This document shows positions 29,894-40,260 of a stretch of 64,000 bases of DNA, one piece after another. This DNA comes from Acidimicrobiia bacterium. Its GTDB lineage: Bacteria; Actinomycetota; Acidimicrobiia; Spongiisociales; Spongiisociaceae. The notes beneath the pieces were generated by a model. That model had not been told where the DNA came from. It worked only from the letters and a program-made list of their open reading frames with translations, and ran no database searches. The stretch covers positions 2,448,416 to 2,512,415 of the forward strand of contig OZ241390.1 in assembly GCA_965200835.1 (NCBI GenBank), given 5' to 3'. The translations under genes were made by a program, and so were the position numbers. Every line of letters starts with the position of its first letter. Position 1 is the stretch's first letter.

Positions 29894-31241
29894 GCCGCGC
29901 CGCATCCACCTGGTCGGTGCCGGGGGAGCAGGAATAGGCCCCTTGGCCAAGCTATTGGCGGCCATGGGCCATCGGGTGACTGGTTCGGATCTCGTGGCTG
30001 GCCCTTCTCTGGATGACTTGGAACGGCGTGGGGTCGAGACCTGGCAGGGAAGCCGGCCGAAGCGGATGGCTGCTTGTGATCTGGTGGTCGCCTCCTCGGC
30101 TGTTCCGGGCGATGATCCCGAGCTGGTGGGAGCAAGGAGGGCAGGGGTTCCGGTGTGGGATCGGCCCCAGTTGCTGGCGGAGATCACCAGCCGGATCCCG
30201 ACCATGGGCGCAACCGGCACTCACGGCAAGACCACCTCCACGGCCCTGGCTGTTGCAGCCACCCGATCCATAGGGCTGGATCCCTCTTTCATCGTGGGAG
30301 GTGACCTGATGGGGACGGGCGACAACGCTCATCTGGGCACCGATGATCTGCTGGTGCTCGAAGCGGATGAGGCCTTCGAGACCTTTGCTTTCCTCACCTT
30401 CTGTGCCCTGATGGTTACCAACGTGGATTCCGATCACCTCGATCATTACGGAAGCCGGGAGCATCTTGAGCAGGTCTTCCGCTCGGTGGTGGAGAGGGTG
30501 GACGGTCCGGTGGTGATCGGAGTGGACGACCCGGGCGGGCGCCGGCTGGCCCGGCGGACGGGCAGGCCCGGGTATGGCACCTCCCCGGACGCCGAGTGGC
30601 GGATCACCGACCTGGTTCCGGGGCCTTTCGAGGTGTCTTTCCGCCTGGCCGGGAGGTTCCCTCCGGCTACCGTGACGGTAGGGCGGCCCGGAGTGCACAC
30701 CGCCCGCAACGCCTGTGGCGTACTGGCCCTGCTCGTCGAGCTCGGCCATGACCCCCGAGCGGCTCTGGATGGACTGTCCGGTTTCGGGGGTGTGAAGAGG
30801 CGGCTCGAGCTGCGCGCCATAGAGTCCGGTGTCACTGTCATCGACAGCTATGCCCATCATCCCACCGAGGTAGCGGCAGACCTCGAAGCGGTGGCACCGC
30901 TGGAGAGGGAGTCCCTGTGGGCCGTTTTCCAGCCCCATCTGTACTCCCGAACGGAAGCTCTGGCGACCGAGTTCGGGGCCGCCCTGGCAAGCGCCGACCG
31001 GGTAGTGGTGACCGACGTGTACGGGTCCCGGGAGACGCCGGTCGACGGTGTGACCGGCTGCCTGGTGGCCGATGCTGCCCGATCGGGCCGGGTGGCAGTG
31101 GACTACGTTCCTCGGCTGGCCGACGTGGCGGACTTCGTAGCTGAGCGGGTCCGGCCGGGTGATTTGGTGCTTACTCTCGGTGCCGGCGATGTCACCACGG
31201 TGGCCGACGAGCTCGTGCAGCGTCTGGGAGTGACGCCATGA
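29877..31241 (+). CDS. murC: UDP-MurNAc:L-Ala ligase
   Basis: IHLVGAGGAG and GTHGKTTST motifs. Confidence 0.9.
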   Translation: MPTIDEPRRIHLVGAGGAGIGPLAKLLAAMGHRVTGSDLVAGPSLDDLERRGVETWQGSRPKRMAACDLVVASSAVPGDDPELVGARRAGVPVWDRPQLLAEITSRIPTMGATGTHGKTTSTALAVAATRSIGLDPSFIVGGDLMGTGDNAHLGTDDLLVLEADEAFETFAFLTFCALMVTNVDSDHLDHYGSREHLEQVFRSVVERVDGPVVIGVDDPGGRRLARRTGRPGYGTSPDAEWRITDLVPGPFEVSFRLAGRFPPATVTVGRPGVHTARNACGVLALLVELGHDPRAALDGLSGFGGVKRRLELRAIESGVTVIDSYAHHPTEVAADLEAVAPLERESLWAVFQPHLYSRTEALATEFGAALASADRVVVTDVYGSRETPVDGVTGCLVADAARSGRVAVDYVPRLADVADFVAERVRPGDLVLTLGAGDVTTVADELVQRLGVTP

Positions 31242-32191
31242 CCGCCTGGAGTCACTTGAGATCGGACGGCCGGATCGTGGCCGGGGTGGACATTGCTCCG
31301 ATGACCACCTACAAGCTGGGAGGGCGTGCCCGTTGGTTCTCCCAACCCGGCTCGCTCGACACGCTGAGAGAGGTGGTCGAGGCAGCCGCTGAGCGCGGCT
31401 TGGAGACCGTGGTGTTAGGCCGGGGGAGCAACTTGGTGGTGTCCGATCTGGGCTACGAGGGCCTGGTCATCCGGCTGGCGGGCAACTTCCGGACGATCAG
31501 CATCGACCGGCGGCATGGTCTGGTCACCGCCGGAGCGGCCGTTCCCCTTCCGGTGCTGGCCCGCAAGGCAGGAAAGGCCGGACTGGGCGCCGTGGAGTTC
31601 TACGTGGGTATTCCGGGGTCGGTCGGTGGGGCAGTAACCATGAATGCCGGGTTCTACGGCACCGAGACATCGGAGGTGCTGGTCTCCGCCTCGATCCTGG
31701 AGACACGGTCCCGCTCTGTCCGTCTCCGGGTGGCTTCGGATCTCGCATTCTCCTACCGGACCAGCAATGTGGAGCCTGACGACGTGGTACTCGAAGCTAC
31801 CTACTCGGTGAGGGCCCGATCCCCCGAGCAGGTTTCCAACCTGATGCGCGAAGCGATCCGGTGGCGCCGAGACAACCAGCCGGGCGGAACCACCAACGCC
31901 GGAAGCATCTTTCGCAATCCGCCCGGGGATGCGGCGGGAAGGATCATCGACTCCCTGGGACTCAAGGGGATGCGCCGGGGGGGCGCCCGGGTTTCATACC
32001 GGCATGCAAACTTCTTCGTGACCGAATCCGGCGCCCGAGCTCAGGATGTGCACGATCTGGTCGGAGCGGTCCGGCGCCGGGTCCACGAGCACACCGGAAT
32101 ACAGCTGCAAACGGAAGTGCGCTTTGTGGGTCAGTTCTCGGGGATCCACGATCTGGTGGGGGACCGAGCGGGCAGCGGGGCGCGATCATGA
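31238..32191 (+). CDS. murB: UDP-N-acetylenolpyruvoylglucosamine reductase
   Basis: FAD-binding domain (LGRGSNLVVSD), 317 aa. Confidence 0.9.
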   Translation: MTAWSHLRSDGRIVAGVDIAPMTTYKLGGRARWFSQPGSLDTLREVVEAAAERGLETVVLGRGSNLVVSDLGYEGLVIRLAGNFRTISIDRRHGLVTAGAAVPLPVLARKAGKAGLGAVEFYVGIPGSVGGAVTMNAGFYGTETSEVLVSASILETRSRSVRLRVASDLAFSYRTSNVEPDDVVLEATYSVRARSPEQVSNLMREAIRWRRDNQPGGTTNAGSIFRNPPGDAAGRIIDSLGLKGMRRGGARVSYRHANFFVTESGARAQDVHDLVGAVRRRVHEHTGIQLQTEVRFVGQFSGIHDLVGDRAGSGARS

Positions 32192-33018
32192 GTATCGATC
32201 CACGTACGGCCCTCCGCCGCCGCGAGGTGGCCGAGCAGCAAATCAGGACGAGCATCCGCTGGTGTCTGGCAATCCTGGCGGTACTGCTGCTCGCCGGCGT
32301 GATCATCTGGTTCCTGGGTTTCTCCCCACAACTGAGCCTGCAAACCATAGAGGTGGAAGGGGTGGAGCGCGGTGCCATCGAGGAGATCCTGACTGCCGAG
32401 AACATTGTGGAAGGAAGGCCTCTCCTGGCCATCCAGACTGGAGCGGTGAAGGAGCGCCTGGAGGAGGATCCTTGGATATCGGTCGCCACCGTCGACCGGG
32501 TGTTTCCGCACAGCCTGGAGGTGAGGGTCCGGGAGAGGCGGGCGCTGGCGTGGATATGGCTGGATGGCCGTTGGGGCCTCCTGTCCGATGACGGGGTGGT
32601 GGTCGAGTACGCCGAGAGTCCGGTGCCGATCCGTTCCTCGATCCGGATTTCGGTCGACGATCCCGGTGTCGGGCTCTCGGTCGATGATGACCATGTGTTC
32701 GGAGCCCTGCGGTTCGTGGACGCCCTACCTGATGAGCTCGCCCGGCGAACCGTTGCCAGCGTGATCCAGAATGAACTCTGGATGCTGGTGGGTTACCGGA
32801 TGGTGCGGCTGGGACGGCCGGTCCACATCGAGCAAAAGGCTGCCTCCTTCCTGGCCATCCTGGATAATGTTCCCGAGGGCGTGATCGATATAACCGCGCC
32901 GAACCGGCCCGCCATCCGGCCACCGGATGGCACGGGAGGTGGCCCATTCCCCACCCTGGACACCCCATTGGCACCCAATACCAACGACAGCTATCCTTTC
33001 GCTAATCTTGAAGTTTAA
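32188..33018 (+). CDS. ftsQ: cell division protein FtsQ (POTRA)
   Basis: ATG overlaps the murB stop, within ORF 31861..33018. Single TM helix followed by POTRA and beta domains. Confidence 0.75.
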   Translation: MSIDPRTALRRREVAEQQIRTSIRWCLAILAVLLLAGVIIWFLGFSPQLSLQTIEVEGVERGAIEEILTAENIVEGRPLLAIQTGAVKERLEEDPWISVATVDRVFPHSLEVRVRERRALAWIWLDGRWGLLSDDGVVVEYAESPVPIRSSIRISVDDPGVGLSVDDDHVFGALRFVDALPDELARRTVASVIQNELWMLVGYRMVRLGRPVHIEQKAASFLAILDNVPEGVIDITAPNRPAIRPPDGTGGGPFPTLDTPLAPNTNDSYPFANLEV

Positions 33019-33140
33019 GTAAAAGTTGAAGTTCATGTTTAGGGTTCGGTCTCTTTGTGCCGTAACCTTCGGTTGGCTCGAGTCCGGTTCATACCCTGAT
33101 CGCGCAAGGCAGCCTCTAGTATGCGGATGGCCAGGATCGG

Positions 33141-34274
33141 GTGAGTGTTCAAGGAATTGAAGGGAAGGACCAGCACACGATGACGGTAACCAGCGTCGCG
33201 AGCTTGCACAGCTATGTAGCGGTAATCAAGGTGGTTGGAGTTGGCGGAGGCGGGATGAACGCCGTCAACCGGATGGTGGAAGCGGGTATTCGCGGGGTGG
33301 AGTTCATTGCCGTCAACACCGATGCCCAGGCACTCCTGATGTCGGATGCGGACATCAAGCTCGATATCGGCCGGGAGGTGACCAGAGGTCTGGGAGCGGG
33401 CGCCAACCCGGAAGTAGGCAAGGCGGCTGCCGAGGCGCACCGCGATGAGCTGGAGGATGTCCTGACCGGCTCGGATCTGGTTTTCGTAACGGCCGGGGAG
33501 GGGGGCGGTACCGGAACGGGCGGAGCCCCGATCGTGGCCGAAACCGCCCGAAACTTAGGTGCATTGACCGTCGGGGTAGTGACCCGCCCGTTCGGTTTCG
33601 AGGGTCATCGACGTTCGGCCCAGGCGGAACAGGGAATCGCCGACCTGCGGGAGGCGGTCGATGCCCTGATCGTGATTCCCAACGACAACTTGCTCTCGGT
33701 AGCCGATCGCTCGATGACCATGGTGGATGCCTTCTCCCTAGCGGATGAGGTTCTGAAGGATGGCGTGACCGGCATCACCGAGATCATCACCAATCCCGGC
33801 CTGATCAACGTCGACTTCGCGGATGTCAAGTCGGTGCTCGGAGGAGCCGGGACGGCGGTCATGGGTATCGGCAAGGCCTCCGGTGACAACCGCGCCGTCC
33901 AGGCAGCCGAGCGTGCCATGGCCAGCCCGCTGCTCGAGACCTCCATGGACGGTGCCAGCGGGGTGCTCCTCTCCATCACCGGGCCGCCGGATCTGACCCT
34001 CTACGAAGTCAACGAAGCGGCGTCCAAGGTGCAATCACACTGTGAGACCGATGCCCAGATCATCTTCGGAGCAACCCCGGACCAGTCGGCCGGTGAGGAC
34101 TTCCGCGTGACCGTGATCGCCGCCGGCGTGGATCGCCGGCCCCCGCGCCAGGGTCCTGTTCGAGCACGGGAGAGCGCACCACGGGCGGCGGCCCGCCGCA
34201 GCACCGGATCGGGACGCATCCTGCCCATCCCCGAAGACGACCCGTTCGATATCCCCGGATTCGTAGAGGGGTGA
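33141..34274 (+). CDS. ftsZ: cell division GTPase FtsZ
   Basis: GVGGGGMNAV, GGGTGTGGAP (T7 loop) and NLDFADV motifs. Confidence 0.95.
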   Translation: MSVQGIEGKDQHTMTVTSVASLHSYVAVIKVVGVGGGGMNAVNRMVEAGIRGVEFIAVNTDAQALLMSDADIKLDIGREVTRGLGAGANPEVGKAAAEAHRDELEDVLTGSDLVFVTAGEGGGTGTGGAPIVAETARNLGALTVGVVTRPFGFEGHRRSAQAEQGIADLREAVDALIVIPNDNLLSVADRSMTMVDAFSLADEVLKDGVTGITEIITNPGLINVDFADVKSVLGGAGTAVMGIGKASGDNRAVQAAERAMASPLLETSMDGASGVLLSITGPPDLTLYEVNEAASKVQSHCETDAQIIFGATPDQSAGEDFRVTVIAAGVDRRPPRQGPVRARESAPRAAARRSTGSGRILPIPEDDPFDIPGFVEG

Positions 34275-34293
34275 ACCCCCTGTCGCCGGACCA

Positions 34294-34923
34294 GTGACCA
34301 TCCGGCCACCAGGGTTCCGCGGTGCGGCTTTCACGACGGCGGCCGAGGGGGACATGGTCGGCGGCGACCGGGCAGCCGTTTCTCAGCAGCTCGGGATACG
34401 GTCGGAGTGGGCGACCGCCCGCCAGGTGCATGGAGCGACCGTGTTCGATGTGTCGCGGCCTGGGCCAAGCGGGTCGGGGGATGGTCTGGTGACCGGTACC
34501 CAGGATTTGCCCCTGGCGGTGTTCACCGCGGACTGCGGCGGAGTCGTCCTGGAGGCGAGAAGGGGAGTGGCAGTGGCCCACGCCGGCTGGCGAGGGGTGG
34601 TGGCCGGAGTGGTGGCGGAGGCCGTCCGGCGTCTCGAGACGCTGCTCGACCACCGGGATCGCGCACTCCGAGCCGCGCTCGGCCCGCTCATCGGCCCCTG
34701 CTGCTTCGAGGTGGGCGGCGAGGTGGCCGCTCGGTTCCCCGGCTACACGAACAGGACGGGCACCAGCAAGCCCACCGTGGATCTGGGCTCGGCCATCCGA
34801 GCGCAGGTGCCGGGCGCAGATTGGTGGTCAGCGGGCGGATGCACCAAGTGCGAGGCAGGGTGGTTCTCCCATCGAGCCACCGGCACCCTTTCCCGCCTGG
34901 CCACCATAGGATGGGTGCCATGA
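34294..34923 (+). CDS. pgeF: peptidoglycan editing factor PgeF (YfiH/DUF152, laccase-domain)
   Basis: TADCGGVVL and AHAGWRG motifs. Confidence 0.85.
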   Translation: MTIRPPGFRGAAFTTAAEGDMVGGDRAAVSQQLGIRSEWATARQVHGATVFDVSRPGPSGSGDGLVTGTQDLPLAVFTADCGGVVLEARRGVAVAHAGWRGVVAGVVAEAVRRLETLLDHRDRALRAALGPLIGPCCFEVGGEVAARFPGYTNRTGTSKPTVDLGSAIRAQVPGADWWSAGGCTKCEAGWFSHRATGTLSRLATIGWVP

Positions 34924-35594
34924 GCGTCGAAGTTCGCCTCCGGGAGGTTCGCGAGCGTATGTCGGCCGCCGCGGCCCGAGCCGGCCGGAGCGAGGATAGG
35001 ATCGAGCTGGTGGCGGTAGGCAAGGGCCGGCCGCTCTCCGTCATGCGGGAAGCCTTCGACGCCGGGCAGCGTATCTTCGGTGAGAACCGGGCTCAGGAGC
35101 TGAGGGCGAAAGTGGGAGGACTGCCGGATGGTGTCGAGTGGCACTTCATCGGCCCTCTCCAGACCAACAAGGTCCGCATGGTCCGCCCTCATGTGGCCTT
35201 GCTGCACTCGTTCGACCGGGAGAGGCTGGTCCGGCCCTGGTTGAAGGGACAAGCGGAGGCCCCTGCCGCCCTGTTGCAGGTGAACATCGGCCTCGAGCCC
35301 CAGAAACATGGGGTACCCCCCGATCTGGCTCCGGCAGCCTTCGAACGATGGGAGGAAGCCGGTATTCCGCTGCAGGGAATCATGGCGATACCACCCTACG
35401 GGCAGGATGCCGAGGCCTCCCGGCCCTACTTCGTCCGGATGAGAAAGTTGTGGGATCAGCTTCGCGTCAGCTCTGGACGGCGGCTGGAGCTGAGCATGGG
35501 TATGACCGACGATTTCGAGGTCGCCATCGAGGAAGGATCCACCACTATTCGGGTGGGACGGGCTATCTTTGGCCACCGATCGGGAGTGGAGTGA
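34920..35594 (+). CDS. yggS: PLP-homeostasis protein YggS (alanine-racemase-fold)
   Basis: VAVGKGRP (lysine-PLP) and HFIGPLQTNK motifs. ATG overlaps the pgeF stop, within ORF 34407..35594. Confidence 0.85.
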   Translation: MSVEVRLREVRERMSAAAARAGRSEDRIELVAVGKGRPLSVMREAFDAGQRIFGENRAQELRAKVGGLPDGVEWHFIGPLQTNKVRMVRPHVALLHSFDRERLVRPWLKGQAEAPAALLQVNIGLEPQKHGVPPDLAPAAFERWEEAGIPLQGIMAIPPYGQDAEASRPYFVRMRKLWDQLRVSSGRRLELSMGMTDDFEVAIEEGSTTIRVGRAIFGHRSGVE

Positions 35595-35596
35595 TC

Positions 35597-36154
35597 ATGG
35601 GCAGCGTAATGAGGACTCTGAAGGCGCTCGGCTTGGTGGAGGACGGCAACCCCTCCCAACGCCAGCAGGAGGGGCCGGCGATGGGCAGCGTGCAGCCCCG
35701 CCCGGATCGGCGTCCCCAGGTTCGGCCGGTCAGTGCGGGTGCACCCGCTGAACCACCACCCCCCGGGCAGCGGTTCGCTGAGGCAGCTCCTTCCTACCGG
35801 TCGTCCGGCGGGTCGGGTTACGGACCGGATCTGAGCGTGGTGGTCAGGCCGGGCGAGCAGGCCGCTTCTGTGGTCAGTTACACGGAGACCATCGAGGCAC
35901 GCGGATTCGACGACGCCAAGCGGATAGCCGACCTGTTGCGTGAGAGGATGCCTGTGATCGTCAACCTGCGGGACCTCGAGCCCACTATGGTGCGGCGGCT
36001 GGTCGACTTCTCGAGCGGCCTGGTCTACGCGCTGGACGGATCGATCCGCAAGGTCGCCGAAGGAGTGCTGCTAGTGAGTCCGCCGCGGGTGAAGATAGTG
36101 GAACGCGAGCTGCGGCGGCTGTCCGACCTAGGGCTGTACGACCTGGACAGCTAA
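35597..36154 (+). CDS. sepF: cell division protein SepF
   Basis: C-terminal SepF core (MPVIVNLRDLEPTMVRRLVDFSSGLVYALDGSIRKV), within ORF 35138..36154. Confidence 0.85.
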   Translation: MGSVMRTLKALGLVEDGNPSQRQQEGPAMGSVQPRPDRRPQVRPVSAGAPAEPPPPGQRFAEAAPSYRSSGGSGYGPDLSVVVRPGEQAASVVSYTETIEARGFDDAKRIADLLRERMPVIVNLRDLEPTMVRRLVDFSSGLVYALDGSIRKVAEGVLLVSPPRVKIVERELRRLSDLGLYDLDS

Positions 36155-36158
36155 CTAC

Positions 36159-36413
36159 GTGTTTCTACTACTAGCCTGGCTTCTAGATCTCTACGCGATC
36201 GCCATCATCGCCCGGGTGATTCTCAGCTGGGTCGGGGTACCCAGCCAGCATCCCATCGGTCGCATGGCGGCCGCTCTCGGCAGGATTGTCGACCCGGCCA
36301 TCCGAGCCATCGGACGCCGGATACCACCTCTACGGCTCGGTAGTGCCTATCTAGATCTATCGCCGATCGTTCTGCTGGTAGGAGTGCGGCTGCTGAGAGA
36401 GATCATCTTTTAG
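36159..36413 (+). CDS. YggT-family membrane protein
   Basis: 84 aa, two TM helices (ARVILSWV motif). Confidence 0.8.
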   Translation: MFLLLAWLLDLYAIAIIARVILSWVGVPSQHPIGRMAAALGRIVDPAIRAIGRRIPPLRLGSAYLDLSPIVLLVGVRLLREIIF

Positions 36414-36417
36414 GACC

Positions 36418-36855
36418 ATGCGAATAGGTTCGGCAGACGTCGAGGCAGTCAAGTTCTCGGTGACCATTCGCGGTTATGCCGAAGACGAGGTGGATGCCTT
36501 CCTGGATCTGGTTGTCGACACCATCACCGAACTCGAGCGGCGGGATGCCACTTCGAGGAAGGAGATCAACCGGCTCCAGAAGGCGCTGGACGATTGCCGT
36601 ACCGGCCGCCTGGCTGATCTGACCTCCTCCTCCCGGGACATGTCCCGTACGGCCGAGGACCGGGTACAGGCCATGCTGGACAACGCCGCCCAGACTTCCG
36701 AGCAGATAGTCGAGGAGGCCTTGGAGGCGTGCGAATACGTCCTCGACCGGCTCCGGACCGCGGTAGGGGCTGACTCCGTAGATGACCAAGCTGATCGTGA
36801 TCCAGAGGTGCCGGCAACGGCCGCCGGTGACGAACCCGGCCCGTCGACCGCCTGA
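36418..36855 (+). CDS. divIVA: DivIVA-domain protein
   Basis: N-terminal FSVTIRGYAEDEVDAFLDLV DivIVA motif followed by a coiled-coil. Confidence 0.8.
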   Translation: MRIGSADVEAVKFSVTIRGYAEDEVDAFLDLVVDTITELERRDATSRKEINRLQKALDDCRTGRLADLTSSSRDMSRTAEDRVQAMLDNAAQTSEQIVEEALEACEYVLDRLRTAVGADSVDDQADRDPEVPATAAGDEPGPSTA

Positions 36856-36867
36856 GGGACCAGCTGC

Positions 36868-39800
36868 CTAGCGGTCACCCTCTCGGGAGTCCACCGCCAA
36901 CACCACATGTAGGAGGCTTCCGCCGATGGACAGCTCGGTCCCGGCAATCTCGGCGTCGTAAGCCAGCTCGGTAGCCAGCACCTCCCCGGAGATCAGCTCT
37001 TCGAACCGTTCGATGGCCGAGCGGAGCCGGCCGTCCCCGGTGTGGTACCGGACTCGGATGCGGTCCGATACGGCCAGGCCCAGATCCCGCCGGACCCGCT
37101 GGATCCGGGAGACGATCTCCCGGGCCAGACCCTCGGCCTGCAGCTCCTCGGTCAGCCGGGTATCGAGGGCCACCGACAGGGGTCCGTCGGAGGCCACTAC
37201 CGTTCCGGGCCGGGGATGCCGGGTGACCACCACGTCATCGACGGTCAGCCGATGCCCGCCGATGTCGAAACTCCCGGCCTCGACCAGCGCGCAGACTTCG
37301 GAACCTGAGAGCCGGGCGAGGGCAGCGGCCACTTCCTTCACGGAAGCACCCAGCCGGGGACCGAGCCTCCGGAAGTTGGCCTTCGCTCGCAGATGGACGA
37401 GTGACTGCTCATCCTGGGACAGGTCCACCGTTTTGACGTTCAGCTCCCCGGCGATGATGGACAGGTGCCGGTCCACGGCCCGGGCCACCCGCGGGTCGCG
37501 GCTCACCACGGTGAGTCGGGAAAGGGGCTGGCGAACGCCGATGCCCTGTCCGGCTCGCAGGGAGCGACCCAACGTGACGATGGTGCGGGCCACCGCCATC
37601 GATTTTTCCAGCTCCTCGTCGATCATCTCCTCGGCCACCGCCGGGTAGTCGGCGTGGTGAACGCTGGTCGCGTCGGGTACGAGCCCGGAATGGATCTCCT
37701 CGGTGATGAACGGCAGAACCGGTGCCAGCAGGCGGCTGAAGGTCACTAGCACCTCGTAGAGGGTGGCAAAGGCGGCTCGCTTGTCCGCCTCGTGACCTTC
37801 CCGCCTCCTCCAGAAACGGCGCCGCGATCTCCGCACGTACCAGTTGGTGAGGTCGTTCACGAACCCGAGGGCGGGGCTGACCACCGCGTACAAGTAGTAC
37901 CCCTCCATCAGGCGATTGGTGCGCCGGATGAGGGACTGGAGCACGCTCAGGATCCATCTATCTATTTCGGGCCGTTCCGCCACCGAAGGGGCGGCGTGCA
38001 GATCCTCGAAACTGATCCCGTCTGCCTCCGCATAAGTTGTGAAGAACGAGTAGGCGTTCCAGAAGGGCAGGATCACGGTACGGACCACTTCCCGTACCCC
38101 ATCCTCCGAGAACCGGAGCGGCTCGGCACGCAGCACCGGCGAGTCGATCAGATAGGCCCGCACCGCGTCTCCGCCGTAGCGGTCCAGCATGGCGGATGGC
38201 TCCGGATAGTTCTTGAGCCGCTTGGACATCTTGCGCCCGTCCTCGGCCAGGATCATCCCGTTCACCACGCAGTTGCGGAAGGCCACGTCGTCGAACAAGG
38301 CGGCGGCCAGCACGTGCAGCGTGTAGAACCAGCCTCGGGTCTGATCCAGTCCCTCCGCGATGAAGTGGGCCGGGAACCGGGCCGGGAATCGATCCTCGTT
38401 CTCGAACGGGTAGTGAAGCTGGGCATAGGGCATCGATCCCGACTCGAACCAGCAGTCGAGCACTTCCGGCACCCTAGCCATCACTCCCGCCGGGGCCTGA
38501 TCATCGTCGCTGCCGGCGCATGAAGGGCAGGGATAGGTGATCCCGTCCACCACGTGCTTATGGAGATCGTCGACCCACACGCCCGAGCGTTCTTCCAGCT
38601 CCTTGCGGCTCCCCAGGCACTTCTGATGACCGCACCGGCGGCACTCCCACACGGGGATGCAGCTACCCCAATAACGATTGCGGGATACGGCCCAGTCCCG
38701 GGCGTCCTGCAGCCAGTTGCCGAAGCGGTTGGTGCCGACTGCCTCGGGCACCCAATGGATCGAACGGTTGAGCTCCACCATGCGGTCCCGGAGGGACTCG
38801 ACTGCCACGAACCAGGTGGGGATGGCCTTGTAGATGAGCGGTTGGTCGGTCCGGTAGCAGAACGGGTAGGCGTGGAGAATGCGCTCGTCCTTCAGCAGGG
38901 CATCCGACTGCCGCAGGAGCCCCAAGATGGTGTCCTCGGCCTCGTGGACATGCAGGCCGGCCAGCTCCGGAATGGCCTCGGTGAACCGGGCTTCCAGGTT
39001 GACCGGATCCACCAGCAGGTCGATGCCGGCCGCTCCCAGGGCATACAGGTCCTCCTCGCCATAGGCCGGAGCCATGTGGACCAGGCCGGTGCCTTCCTCG
39101 GTGTTCACGTCCGTGCTGGGGATGACCTGGAAGCCTCCCTGTCGGCGCTGATCCTCGAAGTAGCCCAGCGGCGGCCGGTAACGGACGCCGAGCAGGTCAC
39201 TTCCCACGGCCACCGCCACCGGCTCCCGAGCTTCGGGGAACACCGCCTCGGCCCGCGTCCCCGCCACCCAGTAGCGGTCCCCCCGCTCCTCCATCAGGAC
39301 GTACTCCACGTCCTCTGCCACCGCTACTGCCAGGTTTCCGGGCAGGGTCCAGGGGGTGGTGGTCCAGATGGTCAGGTAGTCGCCGGGCCGGACCGGCCCG
39401 GAACCGTCCGGCACTTCCAGTACCTCCAGCCGGACCGTGATCGCCGGATCGTCGACCTCCCGGTAGCCACCGAGGCTGACCTCGAAGTTGGAGAGGGTGG
39501 TGCCCGCCGCCCAGGAGTAGGGGAGTACCTTGAAGGCCCGGTAGACCAGCCCCCGGTCCCAGAGTGCCCGGAATACCCACCAGACGCTCTCCATGAAGTC
39601 GGCGTCCATGGTCTTGTAGTCGTTCCGGAAGTCCACCCAGCGCCCGATCTTGCGGGTGATCTCCTCCCAGTCCTCGGTGGTTACCTCGACCATCCTCCGG
39701 CAGGCGTCGTTGAAGGCCACCACCCCGAACTCCTCGATCTGGCGGGGACCCGAGATTCCGAGCTGTTGCTCCACCTCCATCTCGACCGGCAAGCCGTGGG

Positions 39801-40092
39801 TGTCCCATCCGAACCGCCGTTCCACCCGGTGCCCGCGCATCGTCCAGTAGCGCGGCACGATGTCCTTGATGACGCCGGCCAGGATGTGGCCGTAGTGGGG
39901 ACTCCCGGAGGCGAAGGGAGGCCCGTCGTAGAAGGTGTACTCCCGTTCCGGCGAGCGCAGCTCGATCGACTTGTGGAAGGCGTCGGTCCGGTCCCATCGG
40001 CGCAGGATCCGGGCGTCGAGCGCCGGGAGATCGAGCTTGGGCGAGACGCGGCGAAAGTCGGTCGGCTGGGGATCGGGATCGGTGCCGGACAT
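36868..40092 (-). CDS. ileS: isoleucine-tRNA ligase
   Basis: 1074 aa. HYGH and KMSKR class-I motifs, CP1 editing domain and a C-terminal zinc-finger region. Confidence 0.95.
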   Translation of the reverse strand: MSGTDPDPQPTDFRRVSPKLDLPALDARILRRWDRTDAFHKSIELRSPEREYTFYDGPPFASGSPHYGHILAGVIKDIVPRYWTMRGHRVERRFGWDTHGLPVEMEVEQQLGISGPRQIEEFGVVAFNDACRRMVEVTTEDWEEITRKIGRWVDFRNDYKTMDADFMESVWWVFRALWDRGLVYRAFKVLPYSWAAGTTLSNFEVSLGGYREVDDPAITVRLEVLEVPDGSGPVRPGDYLTIWTTTPWTLPGNLAVAVAEDVEYVLMEERGDRYWVAGTRAEAVFPEAREPVAVAVGSDLLGVRYRPPLGYFEDQRRQGGFQVIPSTDVNTEEGTGLVHMAPAYGEEDLYALGAAGIDLLVDPVNLEARFTEAIPELAGLHVHEAEDTILGLLRQSDALLKDERILHAYPFCYRTDQPLIYKAIPTWFVAVESLRDRMVELNRSIHWVPEAVGTNRFGNWLQDARDWAVSRNRYWGSCIPVWECRRCGHQKCLGSRKELEERSGVWVDDLHKHVVDGITYPCPSCAGSDDDQAPAGVMARVPEVLDCWFESGSMPYAQLHYPFENEDRFPARFPAHFIAEGLDQTRGWFYTLHVLAAALFDDVAFRNCVVNGMILAEDGRKMSKRLKNYPEPSAMLDRYGGDAVRAYLIDSPVLRAEPLRFSEDGVREVVRTVILPFWNAYSFFTTYAEADGISFEDLHAAPSVAERPEIDRWILSVLQSLIRRTNRLMEGYYLYAVVSPALGFVNDLTNWYVRRSRRRFWRRREGHEADKRAAFATLYEVLVTFSRLLAPVLPFITEEIHSGLVPDATSVHHADYPAVAEEMIDEELEKSMAVARTIVTLGRSLRAGQGIGVRQPLSRLTVVSRDPRVARAVDRHLSIIAGELNVKTVDLSQDEQSLVHLRAKANFRRLGPRLGASVKEVAAALARLSGSEVCALVEAGSFDIGGHRLTVDDVVVTRHPRPGTVVASDGPLSVALDTRLTEELQAEGLAREIVSRIQRVRRDLGLAVSDRIRVRYHTGDGRLRSAIERFEELISGEVLATELAYDAEIAGTELSIGGSLLHVVLAVDSREGDR

Positions 40093-40260
40093 CTGCTCCT
40101 CGGGGCTGGGCGACCTTGCTTGTGGGGGAGTTGGCCGTGGGCGGCAGCACGGTATGGTAATAGAGGTGAAGGTGGCCGGATCATTCCAGCCGGACGGCGG
40201 TCCAGTGGGCGGAGCGGCCCATGGCCCGGGTCGGCAATCGGGACCCTCTGCCTCCGGCTA

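Noticed and set aside
40093-40260. Possible T-box leader upstream of ileS
   Set aside because: Actinobacterial ileS genes can carry T-box riboswitches. I could not find the conserved T-box motif (AGGGTGGNACCGCG) on the ileS strand in this 170-nt leader. No call made.
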